Source: Chiloscyllium plagiosum (taxonomy: Eukaryota). From it: a stretch of DNA of 64,000 bases. The notes beneath the pieces were generated by a model. That model made no database searches and was not told the DNA's origin. It saw only the letters and a list, made by a program, of their open reading frames with translations. The position numbers and the translations under genes are program-made. Location: NCBI RefSeq assembly GCF_004010195.1, contig NC_057718.1, forward strand, positions 105,585,024 to 105,649,023. Direction: 5' to 3'. This document shows positions 51,866-63,740 of the stretch, piece after piece; position 1 is the first letter of the stretch, and each line of letters starts with the position of its first letter.

Positions 51866-52937
51866 CCTACCTTCACAAAACAGTGCTGACTATTCCAAAT
51901 CAAATTTTTCCTTTCTAGATGATTACAAATGCTATCTATTACAATCTGTTCCAAAACTTTGCCCACAACAGAAGTAAGGCTCACTGGTCTATAATTACCA
52001 GGGTTGTCTTTACTCCCCTTCTTGAACAAGGGAACATTTGCTATCCTCCACCTTCCGGCACTATTCCTGTAGACAATGACGACAATAAAGAGCAAAGCCA
52101 AAGGCTCTGCAATCTCTTCCCTCAATTCCCAGACAATCCTAGGATAAATCCCATTCAGCCCAAATGACTTATCCATTTTCACACTTTCCAGAATTACTAA
52201 CACCTCCTCCTAATAAGCCTCATCCCATCTACTCTAATAGCCTGTATCTCAGTATCTCCTCAACAACAGTCTTTTTCCTGCTTGAATACTGATGAAAAAT
52301 ATTCATTTAGAGCCTCCCCTATCACCTCTGACTCTATGCACAACTTCCCACTGCTGTCCTTGATTGGGCCTAATCTTACTCTAGTCATTCTATAGGTATG
52401 TCAGGACTAAAATAAAGTTTTAGGGTTTCCTTGATCCTATCTGCCAAAGACTTCTCACGTCCCCTCCTGGCTCTTCTTAGCTCTCTCTTTAGGTTCTTCC
52501 TGGCTAACCGTAACTCTCAAACACCCTAACTGAGACTTCACACCCTCATCTTTACATAAGCCTCCTTCTTCCTCTTGACAAGAGATTCAATTCTTTAGTA
52601 AACCATGGTTTCCTCACTCGACCATTTCCTGCCTGCCGGGCAGGTACGTACTTATCAACAACACACTGTAGCTGCTCCTTGAACAAGCTCCACTTTCAAT
52701 TGTGCCCATCCCCTGCAGTTTCCTTCCCCATCCTATGCATCGTAAATCTTGCCTAATCGCATCATAATTGCCTTTCCCATGCTATAACTCTTGCAATATC
52801 TACCTATCCTTTTCCACCCGTAAAGTAAACACAATAAAAATGGTAGAACATAGAATATAGAAAAGTACAGACAGAACAGGCCTTTTGGCCCACGACGTGC
52901 CAAGGATTAATCCTAAAAAATTGTGGTCACTATTACC

Positions 52938-53350
52938 TGCAACAACTATTTCTGTCCCTGCTCTATGTCTCCAAAATGGCTTTTCCAGCAACACATTTTT
53001 CAGCTCTGATCTCCAGCATCTGCAGTTCTCACTTTCTTCTAGTTGATTTTAACCTACTGCGAATCCTCTTGCAAGGACGCCTTCCTTGAAGAAGGTCTCT
53101 TCCTCCCTCTACAAGGATTTCAGTGAGTCCCTCTCTCACTGCACCCCCCAGGTCATCTCCTCTGCCCTGAAGCTCTTCAGCCACGTCCTCAAATAGACTC
53201 GCTACCACAGCCACATCTCCATTCCTGAAGAAGGGCTTATGCCCAAAACATTGATTCTCCTGCTCCTTGGATGCTGCCTGACCTGCTGCACTTTTCCAGC
53301 AACACATTTTTCAGCTCTGATCTCCAGCATCTGCAGTCCTCATTTTCTCC
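52938..53350 (+). mobile_element. Penelope insert with direct tail repeat, ORF 5' fragment and templated 5' patch; TSD actattacc
   Basis: Tail copies at 52979-53039 and 53291-53350; 'ALKLFSHVLK*TRYHSHIS'. TSD at 52929-52937 and 53352-53360. Confidence 0.8.
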
Positions 53351-54950
53351 TACTATTACCAAAGTGCTCACTTACACTCAATTCTAACACCTGGCCTGGT
53401 TCATTATCCAGTACCAAATCCAATGTGGCCTTGCCTCTTGTTGGCCTATCTATATACTGTGTCAGGAAACCGTCCTGCACACATTGGACAAAAACTGACC
53501 CATCTAAAGTACTTGAATGATAGCATCTCCAGTAAATTTAAGAAATTAAAGTCCCCCATAACAACTACCCTTTTTTTCTCACTTCTATCCAGAATCATCT
53601 TTGCAATCCTTTCCTCTGCATCTCTGGAACTTTTCAGAGGCCTATAGAAAACTCCCAACAGGGTGACCTCTCCTTTTCTGTTTCTAACCTCAGCCCACAC
53701 TACCTCGCAGTCGAGTCCTCATCAAATGTCCTTTCTGCCACCGTAATACTGTCATTGACTAGCAATACCATATCTCCCCCTCCTACTGAAACATCTAAAC
53801 CCCAGAACCTGCAACAACCATTTCTGTCCCTGCTCTATGTCTCCAAAATGGCTACAACATTGAAGTCCCAGGTATCAATCCACGCTGCAGGTTCACCTAC
53901 CTTATTCCAGATGCTCCTGGTTTTGAAGCAGACACTTTTCAAACCACCTTCCTGCTTGCCGGTACACTCTTGCGACCTTGGGACCTTATTTATGACCTTA
54001 CTACTCTCAATCTCCTGTACACTGGAACTACAATTCAGGTTCCCATCCTCCTGCTGAATTAGTTTAAACACTCCTGAAGAGCATTAGCCAATTCCCCCAC
54101 CCCCCAGGATATTGGTACCCCTCTGGTTCAGGTGTAGACCATCCTATTTGTAGATGTGCCACCCACCCCAAGTGCATTTAAGGGACACAAAAAGAAAGCT
54201 GGAGGTTCTTTAGCCAGAACCTGCATATATCTGAGCTGTTGTCATATTTAGAAGAAAGGTCCAAATTTCTTTTTGTGAGTGGTAGTGACTGACAATTCTA
54301 ATCTTTTACATGTAAGATGGAATCCTAATTAAGCAATTTTATCTGTTTACATTGCAGATGTTCTGCAGAGACATAGAGTCTGTTGGTGATCAGAGATTAG
54401 CAGGTTGGATAAAAGATGGTGCCTGGAGTCCAGGAAATAACATCCGTGCATGATGTTTATCAGAAACGTTCCTACTTTAAGCAAGATTCTTCCTTCTCCC
54501 AAGTGCTTCAATTTCTAAGTCCAGTCTCCTACTGACCATTGATATCCTTCACCTTTTGCAGTAGCAGATGCTCCTGGGCAAATCTCAACTCCTTTTACTG
54601 TATTACAGCAGCTAAAGTTCAAAGCAGCCACCTGTATTATGCCCCCAGTGACCAGGTATCGAAGGGTAAAGTCTGTCTGGATATCTGTTCAGGCTGAGAA
54701 TCTGTGCTGGCCCCAAACTGTTGGCCTGTAAAGATCTATCCAGCGAGTGTAGAAAATAACTATTCTCAAGAAATAGTTCTCAGAAAAGCACAAATGATTA
54801 TATGGAAATTATCAGAAATAGATAAAAACATTGGATTAATGCTATTGGGTACATAATGCACACTGATATCCTCTGCCAGTACATTTATTTGAAAATTAAC
54901 AGATGATTAAATGGGAAGAAAGTACCAAATAAAAGATCAGGAGTATTCAA

Positions 54951-54954
54951 TTAT

Positions 54955-54984
<30 letters not shown>
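54951..54984. repeat. (AT)n microsatellite
   Basis: Direct reading. Confidence 0.9.
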
Positions 54985-54985
<1 letters not shown>

Positions 54986-56293
54986 GACTGAATACTCAAA
55001 GTGCCTTTACGTCTAGATGAACTAATGTGTAATATTAAAATATTTAAAAACAATTGCCCATTAGTTTAAAACAAATGCATTGTCTTTAATTGGGATACCT
55101 GGCTTGTAAACTGTAAAATTACAGTTTGCTTTCGACATTCTGTTCATACTTTTAATGACAGTGTGCAGACATTGAACAATTTATACACAAACTTTAATAC
55201 TTATGTAACTAGTACAAATATTTATTTGTCCTTATTTTTGATGGCATTATTAAATCACTGTCTGAAAAACTGTATTTTTTTCCACCCAATTCACTATAAT
55301 ACTTTCGTGCCCTCTATAATATGCCCTTGTCGATTTTATTATATGGTGCAACCCTCCTCTTGGAATATCAACTATACTTCAACAATACCGTTTAACATTA
55401 TCACCCACCAAACAGCCTGTGTGTCTGAAATAGAATAGGTTTCATTTATGTAAGAAAAAATGAAGCTGGAGATAAAAGTTCCGATTCTGAATTTATATCA
55501 CAAGGAAGCAGAACACTTTAATCATACATTTTAACTGTAATCTTCAAATAATGCATTTCAAAGACTGTATGCAGTCTTGCATAAAAGCAAAGATTAACCA
55601 AACATACCTTTTAAAAGGAACAAAATTAGACTTAAACTTGCAGGTAAAATGAAATGCCACTTACCACTGCTTTCGGTTTTCATTTGCGTTTTGCACCACA
55701 ATTTTGCAACTGTAGGTTTTATTGACTATTTCAACCAGTATTTGGTTGTAAAATATGACATTTTTCTGTGCAGCACTCCCAAATTTACAAACCTGATAAA
55801 GCATCAAATGTTGCCACTACAAACAATTCCTATTCTCACCTGCTTGTATTTATTTTATTGATACATTCTGCAATTTTGTGTTTTAAATTCATGACTTAAT
55901 TACTCAATGCTTAAAAATGTTAAGTGTTCATCATGTAGAATGTCATTCTGTTTCTAGGTAACCCGACTCACTTATCTTGTGAGTAGCTGACCAGGAAAGG
56001 TTCAGTTTGAACCCCAACCTATGCAGTGTTACAGCAGGACATTGCACCCAGATTGGCCTCAGCAAATTCAACAGGATCCCTGCTTCTGATCAGCACCAAT
56101 TGTGGAAAATGCATGTAAATTAATACACAGGAAGGCCAGGATTAAATTCGGCTGTGTCACCTTAATATATTGCTGCCATCCACTGTCAAGGTTCACATCT
56201 GAATTATATCTGACTTGAGACCTTAACTGCATCTTTCCATAGAAGCCACCCAACTGGCTGAGCCATGTTGTCTCGAAGTAGTTAGTGACTGTG

Positions 56294-56410
56294 GACAAAC
56301 AGGAGGCTGGAAGAACATAGCAAGCCAGGCAGCATCAGGAGGTGGAGAAGTCAACATTTTGAGTATTACCCCTTCTTCAGGACTAAATGTGGGGGTGGGG
56401 GGCACTACAA
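56294..56410 (-). mobile_element. Divergent mini-PLE arm with decayed hammerhead (56349-56384)
   Basis: Minus strand reads agtc CTGAAGA aggggtaatactc AAAA TGTT gact; possible TSD tgactgtg at 56286-56293 and 56411-56418. Confidence 0.6.
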
Positions 56411-56924
56411 TGACTGTGTTTTTCTGCGCAGGACCTGCTAAAGGTTAAATATCATACAGGCAAAAGGATTTAAATGCATTAAAATTTGAAGAAAAGGAGT
56501 TCTTGCCTAACATCTTACACAACACAAAGTCCCTACATTTTTCAGGGAACATTGATGCCTAGTTTCTTCAACATCTTTGTTTTTACTGTGTCTGAGATAT
56601 CGCTCCTGAGTAAAATTGCTGAGATCTATGGAGCTCCTTAGAGATACAGCCACCTGTTGCAGTCCCCTCTTTCTCTTAATGCTGTCTTACTCACTTGCCA
56701 GTAGAGGCAGTTCTGCTAGACCACACATGACTGCAGCCAAGCAATGAGAGTCAGCTAATAAAAATGTGACACAGAGATAACTCGCTGCTTAAACAAAGTG
56801 AACATTCCAGAGTGATAAACCACACAAGTTAATCAGCATGCTGAAATGAGAAACCAACAACTAACAGTGTAGTGATTTATTTAAATACTGTAAGTGAGGG
56901 CAATTTCTACCATCAAGCAGCCCT

Positions 56925-57515
56925 AGTCATAGAGATGTACAACACGGAAACAGACCCTTCGGTTCAACTCGTCCATGCTGACCAGATATCCTAACCTAAT
57001 CTAGTCTGATTTGCCAGCACTTGGCCCAGATCTCTCTAAACCTTTCCTATTCATAAACCCATCCAGATGCCTTTTAAATGTTGTAATTGTACCAGCCTCC
57101 ACCACTTACTTTGGCAGGTCATTCCATACACGCACCACTTTGTGTGAAAAAGTTGCTCCTTAGATCCATTTTAAATCTTTCCCATCTCACCTTAAACCTA
57201 TGCCCTCTAGTTCTGGACTCCCCAGCCCAGGGAAAATACCTTGTCTATTTATCCTATCCATGCCCCTCAGGATTTTACAAACCTCTTCAAGGTCACCCCT
57301 CAGTCTCAGAGGTAAAACAGCCCCAACCTATTCAGCTGCTCCCTTTAGCTCAAACCCTCCAATCCTGGCAACATCCTTGTAAATCCTTTCCTAACCCTTT
57401 CAAGTTTCACAACATCCTTCTGATAGGAAGGTGACTAGAATTGCACACAATATTCCAAAAGTGGCCGAACCAATGCCCTGTACAGCTGCAACGTGACCTC
57501 CCAACGCCTATATTC
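56925..57515 (-). mobile_element. CR1 LINE 3' end
   Basis: Reverse complement matches the 35505-36093 copy. Confidence 0.85.
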
Positions 57516-58489
57516 AGCACATAGAGTGAAGTGTCAGGGCATTCTAAAATTGAAAACTGGCTCTGCAAGCAATACAAGATCCGCATTTAAATAAAACATT
57601 CCAATTTCTAAATGATTCCTGTATCCACTCCTGATGCAAACCTGTTCACCTAAGGCAATAAATCAAGCAGCAAACTCCTTAATGACAAGGTTTCTATGCT
57701 TCCTGCCCACAAAAGTGTGGCCTGAGCAAGCCAGTTAACAGCCAAATGAACGACAACTGTGTACCAGATTCATAGCCCCATGTTTTGGGGAAATCAAATT
57801 TTAATAACATAAATAATTTAGTTTAAATCATTTTCTGTGGCTAAATGGGGAGTAGGGGAGAAATTGATAGTAATAAGAATGCAGAGTTTGTACAGCGGGT
57901 GGCAAAGATGATGACTTCAGATTTCTCCATTTTAACTGGAAATTGCAGCCATACGAATACTCAACATCAGACAAGTACAACAGTAGAGTGGATGCAAAAG
58001 ACTGAAGTTAAATTATATTCTTTAAAATAAATGTTTGGAATTTTAATGGCTTAACAGCTTGGTGATGAACAGGGGTCTCTGTAATACAACATTGACTATC
58101 CCACTGAAGTGGAAAATCTTGAAACTAGTGAGGCAGTTGGTTATTTTATATAAAAAGCTAATAGCATAAACCATGTCATGTTCCAGCCTGGGAAAAGCAG
58201 TTACAGACCTTTAGTTGAGGTACATTTCGTTGTAATTCTCGAGAAAATCAGCCTTTCCAGAGCACACAGTTTGCAAGCATTTTAACAAAACCCTCTCCTC
58301 CATATCCCTGCCAAAAGGTGTAACATATTCTGATAGAATTTAACAACCTGCTCTCTGTTTGGAGAAGCAAAGAACTCAGATGCCACAAAAATTAAATTTA
58401 GGACATTCAATTACTCCATGTTAGCAATACAGTAACACGTTGCACGTGAAACACTATAACATTCCTAAAGTAGCTAGTTTCCAAAAAAG

Positions 58490-60530
58490 AGCTAATTAGG
58501 GACCAGAGCTGAAAATGTGTTGCTGGAAAAGCGCAGCAGGTCAGGCAGCATCCAGGGAACAGGAGAATCGACGTTTCGGGCATAAGCCCTTCTTCAGGAA
58601 TCCCTAATTAGGGACCAAAAAGGGGATTTCTGCACAAAGTCAGAGGGCTTGGATAAGGTACTGAATGAATACTTTCTGTCTTCACTAAGAAAATAGACAC
58701 TACCAAAGCCAGAGTGACATAAGGTCGTTGAAACACTGGACAGCTCAAAATTAATTAATAGAAAAGCCTGGCTGTACTTAAATTTACCAAGATGAGAATA
58801 TCTGAAACCAAGGATACTTGGGGAAATAAGTGTGCAAATTAGAGACACACTGATCATACCATATTGCAATCCTCCTTAGGTACGGATGGTGCCAAAAGAT
58901 GGGATAATTGCACTGTTACACCAGTGTTCAAAAGATTGGTTCAAGGACAGATATTTTCTAATCAAATTGTTCAGAGATGCTATTACATGCCTCTGAAGGA
59001 TATGAACCTGGGTCACCTGGCTCAGAAGGATTCAACGATAAGTTAAGCAACTACAGGCCAGTGAGTTTAACCTCCGTGGTGAGGAAAATTATATAAATGT
59101 GAATTAGAACAAAATTAATAGCCATTTAGATGAGTTGAATTAATTAAGGAAAACCAATTTGGATTTGTTAAGGACTAATTGCACTTAAGTAACTTGATTG
59201 AGTTTAGTGATAAGCATCATGCTGTTGATCTGGTGCAGATGGTCTTCCAAAATGCATTTGAAAAAGAACTACATAACAGGTAAAATGAAACCTCATGGAA
59301 TAAAACGGACATCAAAGGGATTCTTGTAGTGCTGTGGTAGTATCCCTACCTCTGAGCCAAGAGATCTGGGCTCAAGTCCCTCCTGTTCCAGACCTGCAAA
59401 ATAACATCGCTGAACAAGTTGATTTATAAAGTATCTAAATTGGACATTGGATGGAAACAAAACTATCTGAGTATTGGGAAACAGAGAGTAGTGGCAAATC
59501 ATTGCTTTTGGGGCTGGAGGAAGATATGAAGTGGGATTCCCCAGGATCAGAATTGGGACCATCGTTTTTCTTTATCTATATTAAATGACCTGGACATTGT
59601 TGTGAAAAGCATAAATTCAAAGGTTGAGGATGACACAGAATTTGGAAGTATAGTGAACTACAAGTAGGACAGACAGAATTCAGGAGGACATAAGTTGGTG
59701 GAAAGGGCTGACAATAAGAAGAAATTCAGTGTAGTTGTGTAAAACAACAGCCTTTCAGGAAGAATGAAGGGAGGCAATATGTAATAAAGGGTACAACACT
59801 AAATGGTGTGGAAGCAAAGGGAATTTGAGGTATATGTACATAAATCATTGAAGGTGACACAACAGGTTGAAACTATATTAATAAGTCACATGGGATGTTA
59901 AGTTTAATAAATAGAGGCATGCAGTACAAAAATAGAGATTATGATGAGCCTTTATCAAACATTCTTGGCATGACACTTTAGGACAAATGTCAATGCACCA
60001 GAAAAGGTACAGAAAAGATTTACAAGTATGGCTCCAGGGATGAGAGACTTCAGTTTAAAGGATACATTGGAAAAGTTAGGGCAGCTGTCCTTAGAGAAGG
60101 CGAGAGGACCTTTGATAGAAGTATTCAAAATCATAAGTATTCTCAACAGACTACAATGGGAGAAACTGGTTCTCACTTGCCCACCAATGGGAACAGAGGA
60201 CACCGATTTTAGATGAATGGCAAAAGGACCAATGGCAACATGAGAATAAACTTTTCATGCGAAAGGTTGGGATCTGCAATGTATCATCTGACAGTGTGGT
60301 GGAGGCAGGTTTGCTTGAGTGATTAGGGTCTGGAATGTACTGCCTGAGTGTGGTGAAGATAGATTCTATCAAAATTTTCAAAATGGGACAAGATAATTAT
60401 TTGAAGAAATAAAATGAAGGGCCTCAGAGAAAGTGTGCAATCAGACTAGCTGAATTGTACTTGCAGAGAGCCAGAAGAGACATGACAGCCCAAATGTCTT
60501 CCTTTTATGTGGTAACTATTCTAAGATTTG
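58490..60530 (+). mobile_element. Old degenerate CR1 ORF2 with mini-PLE and SINE-like inserts
   Basis: aactacaggccagtgagtttaacc (NYRPVSLT), gacctggac...gatgacaca and 'MAPGMRDFSLKDTLEKLGQLSLEK'. Confidence 0.7.
58506..58603 (-). mobile_element. 98-bp single-arm mini-Penelope with intact hammerhead core (58565-58602), 14-bp TSD ctaattagggacca
   Basis: Identical to 14218-14315. TSD at 58492-58505 and 58604-58617. Confidence 0.9.
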
Positions 60531-60557
60531 ATATCAAAGAACAGAAACCAACATATG

Positions 60558-60787
60558 TTTAGATCAGACTGGTGCTGGAAAAGCACAGCAGGTCAGGCAG
60601 CATCCAAGGAGCAGGATAATTGACGTTTTGGGCGTAAGCCCTTCATTAGGAATCATTCCTGACGAAGGGCTTTTGCCCGAAACGTCGATTTTCCTGCTCC
60701 TCGGATGCTGCCTGACCTGCTGTGCTTTTCCAGCACCACTCTGATCTAAACTCTGGTTTCCATCATCTGCTGTCCTCACTTTTGCAT
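60558..60787. mobile_element. Palindromic mini-Penelope insert, 15-bp TSD agaaaccaacatatg; + strand hammerhead 60655-60690
   Basis: Arms centred near 60654; attc CTGACGA a gggc-tttt-gccc GAAA CGTC gatt. TSD at 60543-60557 and 60788-60802. Confidence 0.88.
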
Positions 60788-60853
60788 AGAAACCAACATA
60801 TGCCAATATAAAACATGAAAGTTTTAATCTAAGATTGTTTAATGTATCACATA

Positions 60854-61245
60854 GAATCATAGAGACGTACAGCATGGAAACAGACCCTTTGGTCCAACCC
60901 GTCCATGTCAACCACATATCCCAACCCAATCTAGTCCCACCTGCCAGCACCCGGCCCATATCCCTCCAAACCCTTCCTATTCATATACCATCGAAATGCC
61001 TTTTTCTCTCCTTCCTGCACTGACCTCACTATGTGCTTCCTTCGTCTGTTCTTCTCCCTTTTAAAACTGCTGTTGTTTTGATTTGTTTTTCCAAAGTTCC
61101 AAAACAATGCAACAGCATATAAAACAGTAATGACTGCTCCTGGAATTCGAGGAAATCACCTCCAACACCTAAAATATCTCAAAAAAAAGAGCAGCTGTTA
61201 CAGATGGAAACTTTTCCTGTCCTCCATCTTGGATTACCCAGAATC
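60854..61245 (-). mobile_element. Bipartite element (head plus CR1 3' tail), second copy
   Basis: CR1 tail 60854-61000; head homologous to 37450-37660. Confidence 0.65.
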
Positions 61246-61295
61246 CTTTCTCTCCATGACACCGAACTCCTTTGTTCCGTGAGCATGATCTTAAC

Positions 61296-61428
61296 CTCCA
61301 CAACCACCTGGTGAAGGACCGGTACTCCGAAGCTAGTGCTTCCAAATAAACCTGTTGGACTATAACCTGGTGTTGTGAGAATTTTACCGTTGTCCACCCC
61401 AGTCCAAAGCCGGCACCTCCAAGTCATG
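61296..61428 (+). mobile_element. pLTR fragment of the second PLE family (degenerate hammerhead)
   Basis: Matches 34153-34243 and the reverse complement of 33210-33335. Confidence 0.75.
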
Positions 61429-62063
61429 GTAACCTAAATAGTAACTCACCCAATGTTTATTTATCAGCAAATGACTTTACAACCTTAAAGAGTTTCAATG
61501 TAGCAGAATACTACGTTGTGCTTTACAAGTCATAAAACAGTGTCACTTCACACTTACAGTAAACAATGCCACAAGCTTTCTATCAGTATTATTACCATGG
61601 CATGACTAAGATGATATGGCTGCTAATGAACATGGCTTCTGACATCAAAAGCAGTTTGAGTTCACGGAAAGGAACTGGTTGAATGAAAGAAAGCAGCAGA
61701 GGGTGTAACGTAATGGAGGAGCTGGGGTGGAAGGTGTTAATAGGGAATGGAGTGCCCTAGGGCTTGGTGATGGGGTTCCTGCTGTTTCTGATCTACAGCA
61801 ACAGTTTAAGACACAGAATCCTAATGTAAACTGATTATGTTTGCTGATGATACTAATTAGAGGGATTGGCTGTTGAAAGAGATGAAGCACCCAGGGACCT
61901 AAAGTAGCAATTAGACAAAATGTGCAATTGGGATAATCAGTGGTAGATGAAATTTGATCAGCTAAATGCCAGCAAAATGCTTGGAACAAATAGAGTCAGC
62001 AATGTCATCAGAGGTCTGCTTCGATTTGACATTGTCCCAGTAACTGCAATGTAAAACTGTTAC

Positions 62064-62207
62064 CTCATTTAGCTGTTTGTTGCGAGTTGATATTACTGAT
62101 TGGATAGCTGACTGTTTACTTCCTCCTTTTAAAGCTGCATCCCTCCTCGCCTGTTCCAGAAGGAGTCTTGCTCGCTCTTTCAGTTCTTCCTGTCTTGTTG
62201 CCATTCT
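62064..62207 (-). CDS. EHBP1: EHBP1 internal coding exon, 144 nt, phase 0/0 (RMATRQEELKERARLLLEQARRDAALKGGSKQSAIQSVISTRNKQLNE)
   Basis: Peptide resembles vertebrate EHBP1 'RQEELKERARVLLEQARRDAALKAG...NRQLSD' (recalled). Acceptor tttatctttaaacag and donor GAG|gtaaca on the minus strand. Confidence 0.93.
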
Positions 62208-62719
62208 CTGTTTAAAGATAAAAATGTTAAATTCATTAAAACCTGTTTATTTTACACTGAACATATCAGTAAGTAATATTCTGTTTGCAGACATTATTAT
62301 AAAAGTGTGACTGTATCATAAATAGCAAGAAATGCTAAAAACTAATATTGGGCAGATTTTCCCAGATAACCTCAATCATGGTTTTAGTTCAATTGCAAAC
62401 TATTATGTATGCATTAAATCAACGAGATCATAATTATTTTTTCCACTTTTGGTTAATAACGGGACTACTAAAAACACCCTGTGAAAGACTTTGCAGTATA
62501 GAGGTATATGAATTAAAAATAACTGTCTCGCAATATGCTTCCACAACTGTGTTGCACTGAAAAAGGAAAGCAGATCTTGGATCATCAAATGTTTCCACAT
62601 TTGCATACTGAGGATTGACTAGCCAAGGATCGTTTACTGGGAGGAAAATAAAATCATATTTCATTTTTCTCCTATTCATCTACAACAACCAGATACTGTT
62701 TATCATTCAAGGCTTGCGA

Positions 62720-63270
62720 ATGTCACAAGCTAGATATTTATTGCTAATTACCCTCGAGGAGGTGTGGTGAGCTGTCCCTTGAATCGCTGCACTCCATGTG
62801 CTGTAGGTGCACCCACAGTGTTACTCAGAAGGGACTTCCAGGATTTTGACCCAGTGACAGTGAAGGAACAGTAATGTATTTCCAAGTCAGGATGGTGAAC
62901 TTGCACGAGATGGTTCTCCAATTCATGTGCTGCTCTTGTATTTCTCGTTAGATTTTGTCCATTTAGAATCTGCTGTCTATGGAGACTTAGTGGGTTGTGC
63001 ACCCTGTAGATGGTACATGCTTGTGTCAATGTGAGTCAGTGATGGACAGAATGAATGTTAAAGGTGTTAGATGGGATGCCAATCAAACAGGCTGCTTTTT
63101 TCTGGATGCTGTAAAGTTTCTGGAGTGTTGTTGGAACTGCACTCATCCAGCCAAGTGGTGAATATTCCATCACACTCCTGATTTGCACCTGGAGGATAGT
63201 ATTTGGCAAGCAAGAGGCGAGCTATTCACTACATAATTACTAACCTCTAACGTTCTCTTGTAGAACAGTA
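62720..63270 (-). mobile_element. LINE 3' fragment (CR1/L2 group, family distinct from the main CR1)
   Basis: 'SFTVTGSKSWKSLLSNTVGAPTAHGVQRFK'; related + strand piece at ~28605-28660 and 29448-29530. Confidence 0.55.
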
Positions 63271-63289
63271 CTTACATTTTAGTTTCTCT

Positions 63290-63740
63290 TCAATGGAGCA
63301 CTTCAGCTATAAACAGAGGCTGCATAAGCTAGGGTTGTTTTCTTTAGATCATAAATGGTGGAAAGGCATCCTGATTGAAGTTTGTCAGATGATGAGGGGC
63401 ATGGAAAGCATGAAGAGAAAGCGCTGCTCCCTCTAGTTGTATAGTCAATAACAAGCAGGCATAATTATAAGGTGAAAGGCAGGAGGTGTAATTGGGACTT
63501 GGGGAAATTCTTTTCAACCAGAGGGCAGGGGGAAGTTGAAATGCACTGCCAAGGATGGTAGTTGAGGTGGAAGACCTCACAACCTTTAAAAGTACTTGGA
63601 TGAGTACTTGGAAATGTCAAAACATTCAAGGCTACGGGCGCAGTGCTGGAAAGTGGGATTAGAGTAGATTTAAAGTAGATTTTGTTTGTACAGGTTTGAT
63701 GGACCTCTTCCAAACTGTACAATTTTGGAAAGTGAGACCA
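63290..63740 (+). mobile_element. Old CR1 3' fragment
   Basis: cagctataaacagaggctg...ctagggttgttttc and ttcaaccagaggg motifs. Confidence 0.6.

Larger units (their letters stand above)
50260..54170 (-). mobile_element. Near-complete CR1 ORF2 (APE endonuclease plus RT), degenerate, with 4 nested insertions
   Basis: 'GLKSVCFKTRSIWNKV...VAILET', 'LLGVFYRP...VMGDFN' and 'DFSKAFDKVPH...GVPQGSVLGP'. Confidence 0.9.
2843..62063 (-). other. EHBP1: ~59.2 kb EHBP1 intron (GT-AG, phase 0)
   Basis: Flanking exons encode contiguous EHBP1 peptide; no intervening homologous exon was seen. Confidence 0.8.

Noticed and set aside
55666..55710. 45-nt AG...GTAAGT segment on the - strand as an extra EHBP1 exon
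   Set aside because: No polypyrimidine tract, an in-frame TGA, and no similarity to EHBP1.
14185..60787. Dispersed palindromic repeats as a CRISPR array or DNA-transposon MITEs
   Set aside because: No repeat-spacer periodicity. The arms are asymmetric, the TSDs are long and variable, and the sequence is homologous to PLE termini.
61962..62063. ORF extension beyond the EHBP1 exon
   Set aside because: Similarity ends at the GT donor at 62063; the rest is intron read-through.
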